Shown: one piece after another, positions 11,460 through 22,305 of the stretch
Numbering within the stretch: position 1 is the stretch's first letter
Layout of the letters: each line of letters begins with the position of its first letter
NCBI RefSeq assembly: GCF_006345805.1
Contig: NW_021833177.1
Span: 1 to 28,860 of the forward strand
Direction of reading: 5' to 3'
Length of the DNA: 28,860 nucleotides
From: Octopus sinensis
Lineage: Eukaryota
Made by a program: the position numbers and the translations under genes
The notes under the pieces: generated by a model
Told to the model about the DNA's origin: nothing
Databases searched by the model: none
The model's input: only the letters and a program-made list of their open reading frames with translations

Positions 11460-11922
11460 TATCATAATTTTTTTTTCTTCTATCGACCCACATTTTCAGT
11501 TTAATATCTCAAAATAAAGCTATGCACTGGTTCTTCTCAAAGGATTTAACTGCATTTTATTTGGATTAGAAGTAAATGAATGATGGAGAGAGGAATTAGT
11601 CTCAAATGAATAAATGTTGACTCTAAGAACATCTGTCATTCGCCCAATGTGGTAGGTGAAGGATTCAATAGGTGCTAATATGAATGCATGAATTCAATGC
11701 GTGTATGTATGTGTATATGCACGTATAAATATATGTATGAAAATATGTACGTATGTGTATATATGTGTGTGTGAGTGTGTGTATGTGTGTAGGTGCGCGC
11801 ACGTCTTTGTGTTTTTCTCCTTACTGCTTGGCTCCGGTGTTGGTTTATTTATGGCTCCGTAACTTGGTTGTTCTACAAAAGAGGCTTGTAGTACATAATT
11901 TTAAAAACAATAAGCAAACATA

Positions 11923-12138
11923 GACGCAGGAGTGGCAGTGTGGTAGAAAGCTTGCTTACCAACCACATGGTTCCGGGTTCATTTCCAATGCGTGGCACTT
12001 TGGGTAAGTGTCTTCTACTATAGCCTCGGTACTAGGCCTACAAAGAATAAGTCCTGGGGTCGATTTGCTCGACTAAATGCGGTGCTCCATCATGGCCGCA
12101 GTCACATGACCGAAACATGTAAAAGAATAAAAGAATAA
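11923..12138 (+). mobile_element. SINE group B with ~190-bp internal deletion, lying within an older B copy
   Basis: Head 'tatagcctcgg' joins directly to tail 'tactaggcctacaaagaataag' at ~12030; degenerate B sequence at ~11820-11880 and 12140-12180. Confidence 0.85.
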
Positions 12139-12235
12139 ACAAGTACTCGGATCGATTTATTTGACTAATCCCTTCAAATTCATGGCTAATGACATTCCAA
12201 ACCTGACCATCCCCTCAGTTTATCAGTCATCTCAT

Positions 12236-12495
12236 ATTCTTTTATTTGTTTCAGTCATTAGACAGCAGCCGTGCTGGAGCACAGCCTTGAACACTTTTAG
12301 GTGAACGAATCGACCTTAGTATTTATCCCTTTAAACTTGATACTTATTCTGTCGGTGTTTTATATCAAACCGCTAAGTTACGAAGGTGTAAACACACCGA
12401 TGCAAGCTGTTAAGCGGTGGAAGGTTACAAACATAAAAACAAACATACACACGCACACGCACACACACACACACACACACACTTATATATGTATG

Positions 12496-12538
<43 letters not shown>

Positions 12539-12694
12539 TGTATATACACCAAAGATATATATATATATGTCTACCAACTCCACTCACAATGTTTTAATCG
12601 GCCCGAAGCTATTGTAGAAGACACCTGCCCAAAGTACCATGCATTGGAACTGAACCTGAAACCATATGGTTGGGAAGCAAGCTTCTTACCACAG
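12236..12694 (-). mobile_element. SINE group B (B2 variant)
   Basis: Tail, internal (CA)/(TA)/(GT) block, and head 'gggaagcaagcttcttaccaca'. Confidence 0.85.
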
Positions 12695-13365
12695 TAAACA
12701 TGTATCCAAGATTACATTGCTACGTGTGCCCACATTCTTCTTTTTCTTGAAGACAAGTTGTGAGTTGGGGGACCATTTGTCTGTTATTTCCTGCACGTCC
12801 TGCGACCATTTGGTAATTCTCTCACCGAATCCTTAACAGAGTAGTGATTGTTGGTTTTGTTGTTGTAGTTGCTGCTGCTGTTGTTGATGTTGGTTTTTGT
12901 TGCTATTACAATAAAACATATAACTACCCTCTCACTCTCTCTCCATCTCTCTCTCTCTCTTTCTCTCTCTCCTTTCTTATTCTCTAACTCCTTTCATATA
13001 GTGTCTATCGCTTCCATTCTCTCTCTCTCTTTCTCTTTCTCCATCTCTCCCCCCTCTCTCTCTCCCTCTGTTTTCCTCATCATTAACCACTGTTCGGTTT
13101 TTTTTAAATAATTAGAAACTAGATTATCTTGAGACAACAGCGACAACCCTACCGGAAGTGAAGAATACGATATGCTACTAAATAGATGTTCACGTGACCT
13201 TCTTATGTAATATATGACGCCATTTAAATAAAATAAAAATTGTGTTTTACATAACTTGAAAATGTTTACAAAGGAAAAAAGTGTGCAGATTGACAAAATT
13301 ATTTAAATGTGAAAATTTCACTTGACTGACTACGAAGTACAGGAGTACCAACTGAAGACGCAGTG

Positions 13366-13495
13366 AACTGGCAGAATCGTTAGAATGTCAGATAAAATGT
13401 TTCGCAACATTTGTTCCCATATTCTGCGATCTGAGTTCAAATCACGCCGAGATCAAAGTACTCTTTCATCCTTCTAGAGGTCGACAAAAAGTACC
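13366..13495 (+). mobile_element. Degenerate SINE group A, 5' part
   Basis: 'ctggcagaatcgttag...ctgagttcaaatc...tttcatcctt...aagtacc'. Confidence 0.7.
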
Positions 13496-13857
13496 GTGGC
13501 TGTGTGATAAGAAGTTGGCTTCCCAACCACATGGTTCCGGGTTCCGTCCCAATGCATAGTTCCTTGGGCAAGGGTCGTTTACTATAACCCTCAGGCTGAC
13601 CAAAACCTTGTGAATGAATTTAGTAGACGGATGCTGAAAAAAGCCTGTTGTATACATGTGTGTGTGTTTGTTCCCTACCACTGCCTGACAACCATTGTTG
13701 ATTTGTTTACGTCCACATAACTTAGCGGTTCACCTAAGAGACCAATAAAATAAGTACCAATTTGAAAATAAGAACTGCGGTTGATTCGGTCGACTAAAAT
13801 TCTTCAAAGCGTTGCCCAAGCATGGTCGCAGACTGAGACAAGTAAAAGATAAAAGAG
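13496..13857 (+). mobile_element. SINE group B, diverged
   Basis: 'gtggctgtgtgataagaagttggcttcccaaccacatggttccggg' through 'gcatggtcgcagactgagacaagtaaaagat'. Confidence 0.85.
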
Positions 13858-13989
13858 AATGATCTAAGGCGATAGACTGACGGAAATGCTAGAGAGTCGG
13901 ATGAGACTCTTCATGTGTATCACTTCCGGTTGTTTGCGTTCAGACTGCAACGTCTTTGATGACGCTAGTACTACGCTGTATCGGCTTAA

Positions 13990-14319
13990 CACTTTTCTTA
14001 ACTCTCCTTGATCTAAGCTTTACTCATGGCATCATCGCCAAAGGCATGATGCATATTCAGAATAGTATGAGCTTGAGTATCACCAAGCTTTCGGCAATAC
14101 TTGATGCAATATCTCTCTGCTTGATACGTCTGGTGAAAACAAAAATCCGACGAACGCGAACTACACGTTTGTATTCTAGGATTCACGGTCGGGAACTGAT
14201 GCAGCGTACAGGCGCGAAAATTCTCACGTATGCGCAGGAAGAGTAGCGTCATCATTCATCCAAAGGATTTTGCTCATGCGGCTTCAGCTTTGGCGGGGGT
14301 ACATTTTGAATGCACCTCG
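13990..14319 (-). mobile_element. Tc1/mariner transposon relic (5' TIR plus transposase N-terminus)
   Basis: Minus-strand translation 'ERYCIKYCRKLGDTQAHTILNMHHAFGDDAMSKA*IKE' matches the mariner N-terminal HTH pattern (RYCIKFCxKLG...AFGDDAMS); TA followed by TIR-like 'cgaggtgcattcaaaatg' at 14302-14321; in-frame stops; second TIR not found. Confidence 0.8.
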
Positions 14320-14881
14320 TAATATTGGATATTATCATTAACCTTTTCTACCTCAGTCGCCATGCTTGAAATTTATGCGGTGAGGGAGCTAGTGGATTAC
14401 AACAACCTGAAGTCTACTTTGCCTTTCATCCTTTCTGGGTCGATAAAATAAGAAATATGTACCATTTGAATCCTTGGGTTGATGTAACAGGACTTACCCC
14501 CTACCCCGAAACTGCTGAAAATTTGAAACCATTATTTTTGTTAACAGCAGCAGAGGCATCATGGTGATGTTTGCCGGAATCTTGTGAGCGATGGACAAAA
14601 TACCTTGCGATATTCATTTCAGTCCCTTTAGCTTTTAGGTTCAAATACTGCAGAGTATGATTTTTACATTCCACTTGGGTCTAGAAAAATAAGTACAATC
14701 AAAATCGGTGGCCATTTGCTTGTTGTTGCTGTTGTTGTTTTTACTCTTAATCTGCATGTTTGTTACAAACACTTGTTGAGACACACCTAGCGTCCTGTTA
14801 GATTGTTAGATTGGCTCATCCCATTATAATGGTTTAGAAGGCGACGTGTGTTCCACTTGGCCATGCTACCTTCTAAGAATA

Positions 14882-14883
<2 letters not shown>

Positions 14884-14971
<88 letters not shown>

Positions 14972-15008
14972 CATCATCATCGTCATCATTATCATCATTA
15001 TTATTATT
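14884..15008. repeat. (ATT)n/(ATC)n microsatellite
   Basis: Direct inspection. Confidence 0.95.
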
Positions 15009-15010
15009 AT

Positions 15011-15243
15011 AGGCGCATGGCCTAGTGGTTAGAGTGTTGTACTCACGACCGCCAGATCGTGGTTTCAATGCCTAGACTGAGTAGTGCGTTGTGTTCTTGA
15101 GCGAAAAACTTCATCTCATGTTGCCCTGCAGTCACTTCGACACCTGGCGTGTGGTACACAGTGCACCCGTTCAGGCAACTTTGATTTGATGTAGAGAGTG
15201 AGTTAATGAGCGGCACGAACATTTTATCACTGTAAACAAATCA
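15011..15243 (+). mobile_element. tRNA-derived SINE group C (tail variant i)
   Basis: Head 'ggcgcatggcctagtggttagagtg...ggtttcaatgcc' then 'gcgttgtgttcttgagcgaaaaacttcatctcatgttg' and a distinct tail. Confidence 0.7.
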
Positions 15244-15247
15244 TATA

Positions 15248-15655
15248 GGCGCAGGAGTGGCTGTGTGGTAAGTAGCTTGCTAACCAACCACATGGTTCCG
15301 GGTTCACTCCCACTGCGTGGCATCTTGGGCAAGTGTCTTCTGCTATAGCCCCGGGCCGACCAAAGCCTTGTGATTGGATTTGGTAGACGGAAACTGAAAG
15401 AAGCCTGTCGTATATATGTATATGTATGTATGTGTATGTGTTTGTGTGTCTGTGTTTGTACCCCTAGCATTGCTTGACAACCGATGCTGGTGTGTTTACG
15501 TCCCGTTACTTAGCGGTTCGGCAAAAGAAACCGATAGAATAAGTACTGGGCTTACAAAGAATAAGTCCCGGGGTCGATTTGCTCGACTAAAGGCGGTGCT
15601 CCAGCATGGCCGCAGTCAAATGACTGAAACATGTAAAAGAGTAAAGAGTAAAGAG
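15248..15655 (+). mobile_element. SINE group B, full length, young
   Basis: Only 4 differences from the reverse complement of the 11055-11459 copy over the first ~165 nt. Confidence 0.92.
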
Positions 15656-15830
15656 TATATGTGCAGGTATATGTAAAGAGTATATGTGCTAAACGCTCGT
15701 ACGCCGTCTTAGATGGAAGAATCCCTCATCATCACTGGGAGTCGATGTAATCGATTTATCCCCTCCCCTAAAATTGCTGTCCTTGTGGCAAAATTTGAAA
15801 TTACTATTATTTACTATTATTATTATTATT

Positions 15831-16111
15831 TCTCTTTATCGCAGGTTTTTGTTGGAGCTCTTGGAGTCTTGCATGTGTAGCGGGTTTGCTACCTGCAGCC
15901 TACGATACCATACTATTTATTCTTTTCAGCTATCGGATACTTTCCTGATTATCATGGCCATGCAAAGGAGGCAAATCTTTTGTAACAGTTCTACTGGACA
16001 CTCTATTCCAATTTCCTTCATATTCCCCTTGATGCATCCAGATACTATTCCCAAGGACCCAACAATAATTGGCACTATCTTCACCTTCTTCATTTTCCAT
16101 AATCGAGCTAT
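15831..16111 (-). mobile_element. R4/Dong-like non-LTR retrotransposon 3' end (5'-truncated), family 1
   Basis: Translation 'IARLWKMKKVKIVPIIVGSLGIVS...VELLQKICLLCMAMIIRKV*' matches the C-terminus of RLE-type LINEs (VPxxVGALG...LQKxxLLGTARIIRKV); (AAT)n on both sides. Confidence 0.8.
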
Positions 16112-16120
16112 TATTATTAT

Positions 16121-16151
<31 letters not shown>

Positions 16152-16186
16152 GGTGGTGGTGGTGGTGGTAGTAGTAGTATCATTAA

Positions 16187-16238
<52 letters not shown>

Positions 16239-16241
<3 letters not shown>

Positions 16242-16509
16242 TAGTTTTTATTTTTATAACGTGCTTTCGCTTTGCTACCGAGCGCAGCTCTTTGTGCCTT
16301 GGGTATGTGCTGTGGCTTGCTGTGATGCTCTTGTGGTTACTGTTTTGAAAGTGTTTTGCGTAGCATGTGTGCAATGCCCAGTAGTGCAGTTTTCTGTATG
16401 TTTAAATATTTGTAAGTCCTGGTGTTTTTGTTATGTATTTGTCTGAATATTTTTTTATCATACCTAATGCACCCACTATGATAGGAAATGTTTCTGTTTT
16501 TAGACTCCA

Positions 16510-16513
<4 letters not shown>
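16239..16513 (-). mobile_element. R4/Dong-like non-LTR retrotransposon 3' end, family 2
   Basis: Translation 'MWSLKTETFPIIVGALGMIKKY...TNI' then, after a frameshift, 'IQKTALLGIAHMLRKTLSKQ*', plus 3' UTR; embedded in (AAT)n. Confidence 0.85.
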
Positions 16514-16586
<73 letters not shown>

Positions 16587-16593
16587 TATTATT

Positions 16594-16880
16594 AGGTATA
16601 AAGATAAGTTGAAACAATAACTAAAATTCCTGCAACTTAATTTAACATCTTGGGAAAGTTATTGTCGCGATCGATCAGAGTGGTGTAAAATGTGTCATGA
16701 TGCATCTAAACAACTTGAGGTGAAGAAACAGAACAATAAAAGGATAATATCCTGCAGTCTGCAGACACATTCATCCAATCCCAGGCAAAGTCAAAATCGT
16801 TACTGTCGCCATTGTGACTTCATAGCAAAATCCATTCCTGGACTCAAATTACATTCCACGCATCCATCCATCGCGAAAAG
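16594..16880 (+). mobile_element. RTE-clade LINE ORF C-terminal relic with C2H2 finger
   Basis: Translation 'RYKDKLKQ*LKFLQLNLTSWESYCRDRSEWCKMCHDA' matches the RTE C-terminal pattern (RYKDxLK...WE...DRSxW); 'CRHCDFIAKSIPGLKLH' becomes a canonical HxxxH finger if one extra base at ~16858 is removed. Confidence 0.7.
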
Positions 16881-16969
16881 ATACAACTCCTTTTATTTTT
16901 ATTCTTTTTTTGGTAATTTTAAATCCTTTCCTTCAAACACTCATACCTCGAAATTGATGCGAGTAGCCA

Positions 16970-17001
<32 letters not shown>

Positions 17002-17549
17002 GAGTGAGAGAGCAGTTCATGCCATCAAAGTGACACTGGGGTAAAATATACGAAGCCCAATATACCCATCATGACTACCCGTCTGATAAAGGTACACCAG
17101 GCACATGCATCACAACCATATGTGCGCGACATGGTGATCTCATATCAAGATAAACAGCACATGACCTTGCAGGTGGGGCCCAGTTTGAATTTTCTTCAGG
17201 TTGAGTAGCCCATCCCGCTCAAACGGTCCCCGAATAAGGGTTGTTTAAGGATGTTGAAAGAACCACCCATGTTTCCAGAGGTGAACTATTCAAACCCCAA
17301 AGCATCCCTCTCAACACATGGCTATGATGCTCCCCACTACTTCTGCTCGTGATCAGAGATGCACATATCGTCAGCCACTAAGGGACATGCTCAACTGGTT
17401 AAGGTCAAACAACTGACAAGCAAATCTGTGGTATTGAGCAGAATATTCTGTAGCCCATCTTTTATACCAAGACAAAACAATGTACATGATAACACTTCCA
17501 ATCAGTTAAGATCAGAAGCCATGAGAGCCACTGCCTGGTACTGCATCAG
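17002..17549. mobile_element. Unclassified ~548-bp non-coding element in (ATT)n, copy 1
   Basis: Direct repeat of 17633-18165, bounded by (ATT)n on both sides; no TIRs or long ORF seen. Confidence 0.75.
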
Positions 17550-17602
<53 letters not shown>

Positions 17603-17632
17603 ATTATTATAATTATTATTATTATTATTATT

Positions 17633-18165
17633 GAGTGAGAGAGCAGTTCATGCCATCAAGTGGCACTGGGGTAAAATATACGAAGCCCATATACCCATCA
17701 TGACTACCCGTCTGATAAAGTACACCAGGCACATGCATCACAACCATATGTGCGCGACATGGTGATCATATCAAGATAAACAGCACATGACCTTGCAGTG
17801 GGCCCAGTTAGATTTTCTTGAGGTTGAGTAGCCCATCCGCTCAAACGGTCCCTGAATAGGGTTGTTTAAGGATGTTAAAAAAATACCCATGTTTCCAGAG
17901 TGAACTATTCAAACCCCAAAGAATCCCTCTCAACAATTGCTATGATGCTCCCCACTACTTCTGCTCGTGATCAGAGATGCACATATCGTCAGCCACTAAG
18001 GGACATGCTCAACGGTTAAGGTAAACAACTGACAAGCAAATCTGTGGTATTGAGCAGAATATTTGCTGTAGCCCATCTTTTACCAAACAAAAAATGTTCA
18101 TGATAACACTTCCAATCAGTAAGATCAGAAGCCATGAGAGCCACTGCCTGGTACTGCATCAGGGC
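17633..18165. mobile_element. Unclassified ~533-bp element in (ATT)n, copy 2
   Basis: Collinear with copy 1 but with many 1-2-bp deletions. Confidence 0.75.
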
Positions 18166-18287
<122 letters not shown>

Positions 18288-18288
18288 A

Positions 18289-18412
18289 GGCGGCGAGCTG
18301 GCAGAAACGTTAGCACGCCGGGCGAAATGCTTAGCGGTATTTCGTATGTCGTTATGTTCTGAGTTCAAATTCCGCCGCGGTCAACTTTTCCTTTCATCCT
18401 TTCGGAGTCGAT
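18289..18412 (+). mobile_element. SINE group A, 3'-truncated
   Basis: 'ggcggcgagctggcagaaacgttagcacgccgggcgaaatgc...ctgagttcaaattccgcc'. Confidence 0.88.
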
Positions 18413-18565
18413 ATATTAATATCTTCCATAACGACAACAAAAGAAACTTAGATATTAAACACATACGTTCAGCTTTGTAGCTTAGGAAAGAAACATAGCC
18501 AGATCTTACAAGGGAGGATTTCTTATTGTTGTAAGAGCCAGTCATATCTAAGTTGTAGTAAAACA

Positions 18566-18802
18566 AGGTTCCTTCCCGAGTCATACAGACTCATAAGGGC
18601 CGGTTTCGTGGTGTCCATGGCGTATAAATTATCTACCTGGACGGGACGCCGGTGCGTCGCAAGATTACTAATTTTTGCCAGCTGAGTGGACTGGAGTAAC
18701 GCGAAATGAAGTGTTTTGCTCTAGAACACAACGCGTTGTGCGGTCCAGAAATTGAAACCCCAGTCTTACGATAGTGAGTCCAACAGCACTAAACCACGCG
18801 CC
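18566..18802 (-). mobile_element. SINE group C (tail related to variant iii)
   Basis: 'tttttgccagctgagtggactggagtaacgcgaaatgaagtgttttgct' and head 'accacgcgcc'. Confidence 0.8.
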
Positions 18803-18870
18803 TCTACCCATGTATATTGTATTATTCATTAACTTATTTTGTTTCTCTCTGGTCGTTTCTCGCGCCCTAT

Positions 18871-19106
18871 TAAAGCCTAGCCAGGCTCATGGGCCCGGTT
18901 TCCCGGTTTCAATGGTGTATGTGTTCCCCAGCTGGTCGGAACGCCAGTCCATCGCAGTGTTACTCATTTTTGCCAGCCGAGTGGACTAGAGCAACGCGAA
19001 ATGAAGTATTTTTCTCAAGAACACAACGCTCCCCTTCCCTGTTCAGGAATCGAAACAACAATCTTAGGATCATGAGTCCAACACCCTAACCAGTCAGCCA
19101 CGCGCC
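18871..19106 (-). mobile_element. SINE group C (tail variant iii), full length
   Basis: Collinear with 21622-21860. Confidence 0.88.
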
Positions 19107-20117
19107 TCCAGTCATATTTAAACTGAGTCAATGAATAAAATGTCAGAAGAATGTCAGAGTGAGCGGCCTACGATATCATTAAAGAGGTTTGCTAATTGTT
19201 ATTTAGTACATTGCTGGGGTGTACGACAACAGGAAATTGCTAATGCCATAATGCTGTACATTATGCTAAAACAGGTTGGTTACATCACCCTTTCCCCGTT
19301 CTTAGAAGTTAAAGGATTAAACTCATGAGATGAATAAATAAAAAGATAAAATTCCGTGTGTGTGTGTGTGTGTGTGTGTGCAAGCGTGCGATATAATCTG
19401 TTGTTTGCAGAAAGATGTCAGTAATCCGATGAGAATTCATCCTTCTCTGCAACGGAAGTTAGTAATTTTAATCAATTTTCAGTGAAGAACAACATTTAAA
19501 GTTTGAAAGAGAAATGTTCATAGAGAATCCAAGCATGATTTACGAAGAATCATTAATATTTTACAGTGATCCATCGTAAAACCAGCGCTAATACTCCGAT
19601 CTCCATAACCTAAAAGGTTTGAGATATCGATCGATTCTACAAGGGATTTTTTTTGTTGTTGTTGCATGATCGATCGATTTGATACATTTAATCGTTAAAT
19701 CTCTTCCATATGAAAACTTACTTTCTTTAAAGAAAAAATAAATGAAAGAACACATTGGTTAACGTAGACCTAGATTCATTGCTTGCTAAAACAAATGACA
19801 GAATGGTCGAGTTTGAAATGTATACTAAGCATAGATATTCTGGAACAGAGCTGAAAACTCGGTTAAAATAACGGCTTCAAAATTAAGCTATGATTTTAAC
19901 CGAATTTTCCTCCAGATGATATAGAGTCAAAATTAGAAGAGTGCCATTGTCATCTAGTGAACGATATTTCGACATCTTGTGTGTCTTCAACAGGTTCAAA
20001 AAATAATTTTGTTAATCTACTTCCTTTTGGTTAATATATAAAGCATTGAGGTAAATCTTCCAAAAGATACCAGCTTATTATTGTTGTTGTTGTTATCGTT
20101 ATTATTATTATTATAAA

Positions 20118-20349
20118 GGTGGCGAGCTGGCAGAAACGTTAGCACGCCGGGCGAAATGCATATACCGTATTTCGTCTGCCGTGACGTTCTGAGTTCAAAT
20201 TCCGCCGAGGTCGACTTTGCCATTCATCCTTTCGGGGTCGATTAAATAAGTACCAGTTACGCACCGGGGTCGATATAATCGACTTAATCCGTTTGTCTGT
20301 CCTTGTTTGTCCTCTCTGTGTTCAGCCCCTTGTGGGTAGTAAAGAAATA

Positions 20350-20350
<1 letters not shown>
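20118..20350 (+). mobile_element. SINE group A (A1), full length
   Basis: A-box-like 'gagctggcagaaacgttag', B-box-like 'gagttcaaattcc', tail 'ccccttgtgggtagtaaagaaatag'. Confidence 0.9.
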
Positions 20351-20430
<80 letters not shown>

Positions 20431-20447
20431 GGTGTTGTTGTTGTTGC

Positions 20448-20628
20448 TGCTGGCAGAATCGTTAGTGCATCGCACAAAATGCTTTACGGCATTTCTCTCA
20501 ACCCAATACGTTCCGAATTTTAATACCGCCAATGTCGACTTTACCTTTCATCCTTTCAAGCCAATAAAATAAAGTACCAGTTAAATATTGCGGCTGATGT
20601 AATCACTGGCTTTGCGCCTAAATTTTAA
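20448..20628 (+). mobile_element. Degenerate SINE group A (A2)
   Basis: Diverged head and 'gtcgactttacctttcatccttt...aagtaccag'. Confidence 0.7.
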
Positions 20629-21185
20629 ACCATCCCAAGTTAGCGATACTCCAACAGATCTATAATCAAAAAGCGATCTGTATCCGTCTTTTATTCAGTG
20701 TAACTAAGACTACGTTATCGAATGACTTGCGTTTTCAAAGGTTATTGGGTGACACTTCAGGGTAATTTGAATGCTATTTCTAGCAATTCTTCTCAGAAGT
20801 TCATATGTAGACTTTCCCTTGTTTAAAAAAATGACATAATATAAAATTGCAAAACCAACAAAAATTGTAAACTAGTTTAAAAAAACTAGGATCCATGGCA
20901 TCGAGTAACGAATGAAAAGGGCTGTCTTACCATATCTTTCTAGTTCATTGATGTAAAACGTAAAATACACTTTTGTATGATGTTCCAAGAATTTGATTTT
21001 CAATCGATTTCCCTTCGTTGAGATATACCTCGTATCGATTTATGTCGTAAATTCAAATCTTGCCGGGTTTTCACTTTGGTTTTTCTCCTCTAGTTAGGAT
21101 GGATACAATCGACTGTTGCTTCCTATAAAATATTTGGCCTTGTGCTAATGCTAGAAATTGCTGTTATTATTAGGACACTTGGTAA

Positions 21186-21573
21186 GGCGGCGAGCTGGCA
21201 GAAACGTTACGTTCTGAGTTCAAATTCCGCCGAGGTCGACTTTGCCTTTCATCCTTTCGGAGTCGATAAATAAAGTACCAGTTACGCACTGGGGTCGATG
21301 TAATCGATATAATCCCTTTGTCTGTTCTTGTTTGTCCCCTCTATGTTTAGCCCCTTGTGGGCAATAAAGAAATAAGAATCGTTAGAGTGCCGGACGAAAT
21401 GATTAGCGTTGTTTCGCCTGTCGCTATGTTCTGTGTTCAAATTCCGCAGACGTCGACTTTGCCTTCCATCCTTTCGGAGTCGATAAATTAAGTACCAATG
21501 AAACACTGGGGTCGATGTAATTGACTTAATCCCTTCCCCACAAATATGAGGCTTTTTGCCTCCAGTAGAAAGG
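21186..21573 (+). mobile_element. SINE A1 plus A2 dimer flanked by a 19-bp direct repeat
   Basis: A1 at 21186-21376, A2 at ~21376-21573; attattaggac(a/g)cttggta at 21166-21184 and 21574-21592 (18/19). Confidence 0.85.
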
Positions 21574-21621
21574 ATTATTAGGACGCTTGGTAGCAGATAT
21601 GTAAATAAATAAATGGACCCT

Positions 21622-21860
21622 TTTAAAGCCTAGCCAGGCTCATGGGCCCTGTTTCCCAGTTTCAATTGTGTATGTGTTCCCCAGCTGGACAGACGGGACG
21701 CCAATCTATCGCAGCGTTACTCATTTTTGTCAGCTGAGTGGACTGGAGCAACGTGAAATGTAGTGTTTTGTTCAAGAACATAACGCGTCGCCCGGTCCAG
21801 GAATCGAAACCACAATCTTACGATCATGATGTTGACACCCTAACCACTAAGTCACGCGCC
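21622..21860 (-). mobile_element. SINE group C (tail variant iii), full length
   Basis: Reverse-strand tRNA-like head, CORE-like segment, and tail ending 'catgagcctggctaggctttaaa'. Confidence 0.88.
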
Positions 21861-22305
21861 TCCACAAAGCAGATATGTAGAATCAGTAAAATAATTACTG
21901 GGAATATTTATTCACATTTTGAATTGAAACTCAATAGGGTTAACTTTGCCTTTCATCTTTTGGTAGAAATCAATAAAATAAAATGCCAGTCAAGCACTAA
22001 GTTCAATACAATCTGCTACGTCCTTTTTCAAAAACACGTGGGCGTCTATATTAGAGATTATTATCGAAATTATTATTGAGATTAAGAATTGTAAGTAATG
22101 GCAACGTAATTGACAAAAATACTTTACTGCTATTTCTTTGTGTTCTGTGATATCCAGAGCATAGATATTTTCGTGGCCGACTTAGTCCTTATCCCAGCGG
22201 ATTGATGAAAGAAGGGTGTGTGTAATGATTCGATTTCGTTAATGGTTTCTAGCAAGGACAATATGATCACAGTTTAGGGGAAAAAGTGTGTAATGGATTA
22301 TATCT

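Noticed and set aside
14787-14883. Possible third R4-like 3' stub (minus-strand HILRR next to (AAT)n)
   Set aside because: Only five codons of similarity and no (AAT)n at the other end.
17002-18165. CRISPR-like or prokaryotic system implied by repeat-spacer alternation
   Set aside because: The repeats are simple (ATT)n tracts, the inserts are hundreds of bp long, and the context is eukaryotic with no cas-like ORFs.
19405-20035. Short open frames after AG acceptors (EEQHLKFERE..., DDIESKLEEC...)
   Set aside because: Phases are incompatible, donors are weak, frames end in stops and no homology is recognisable.
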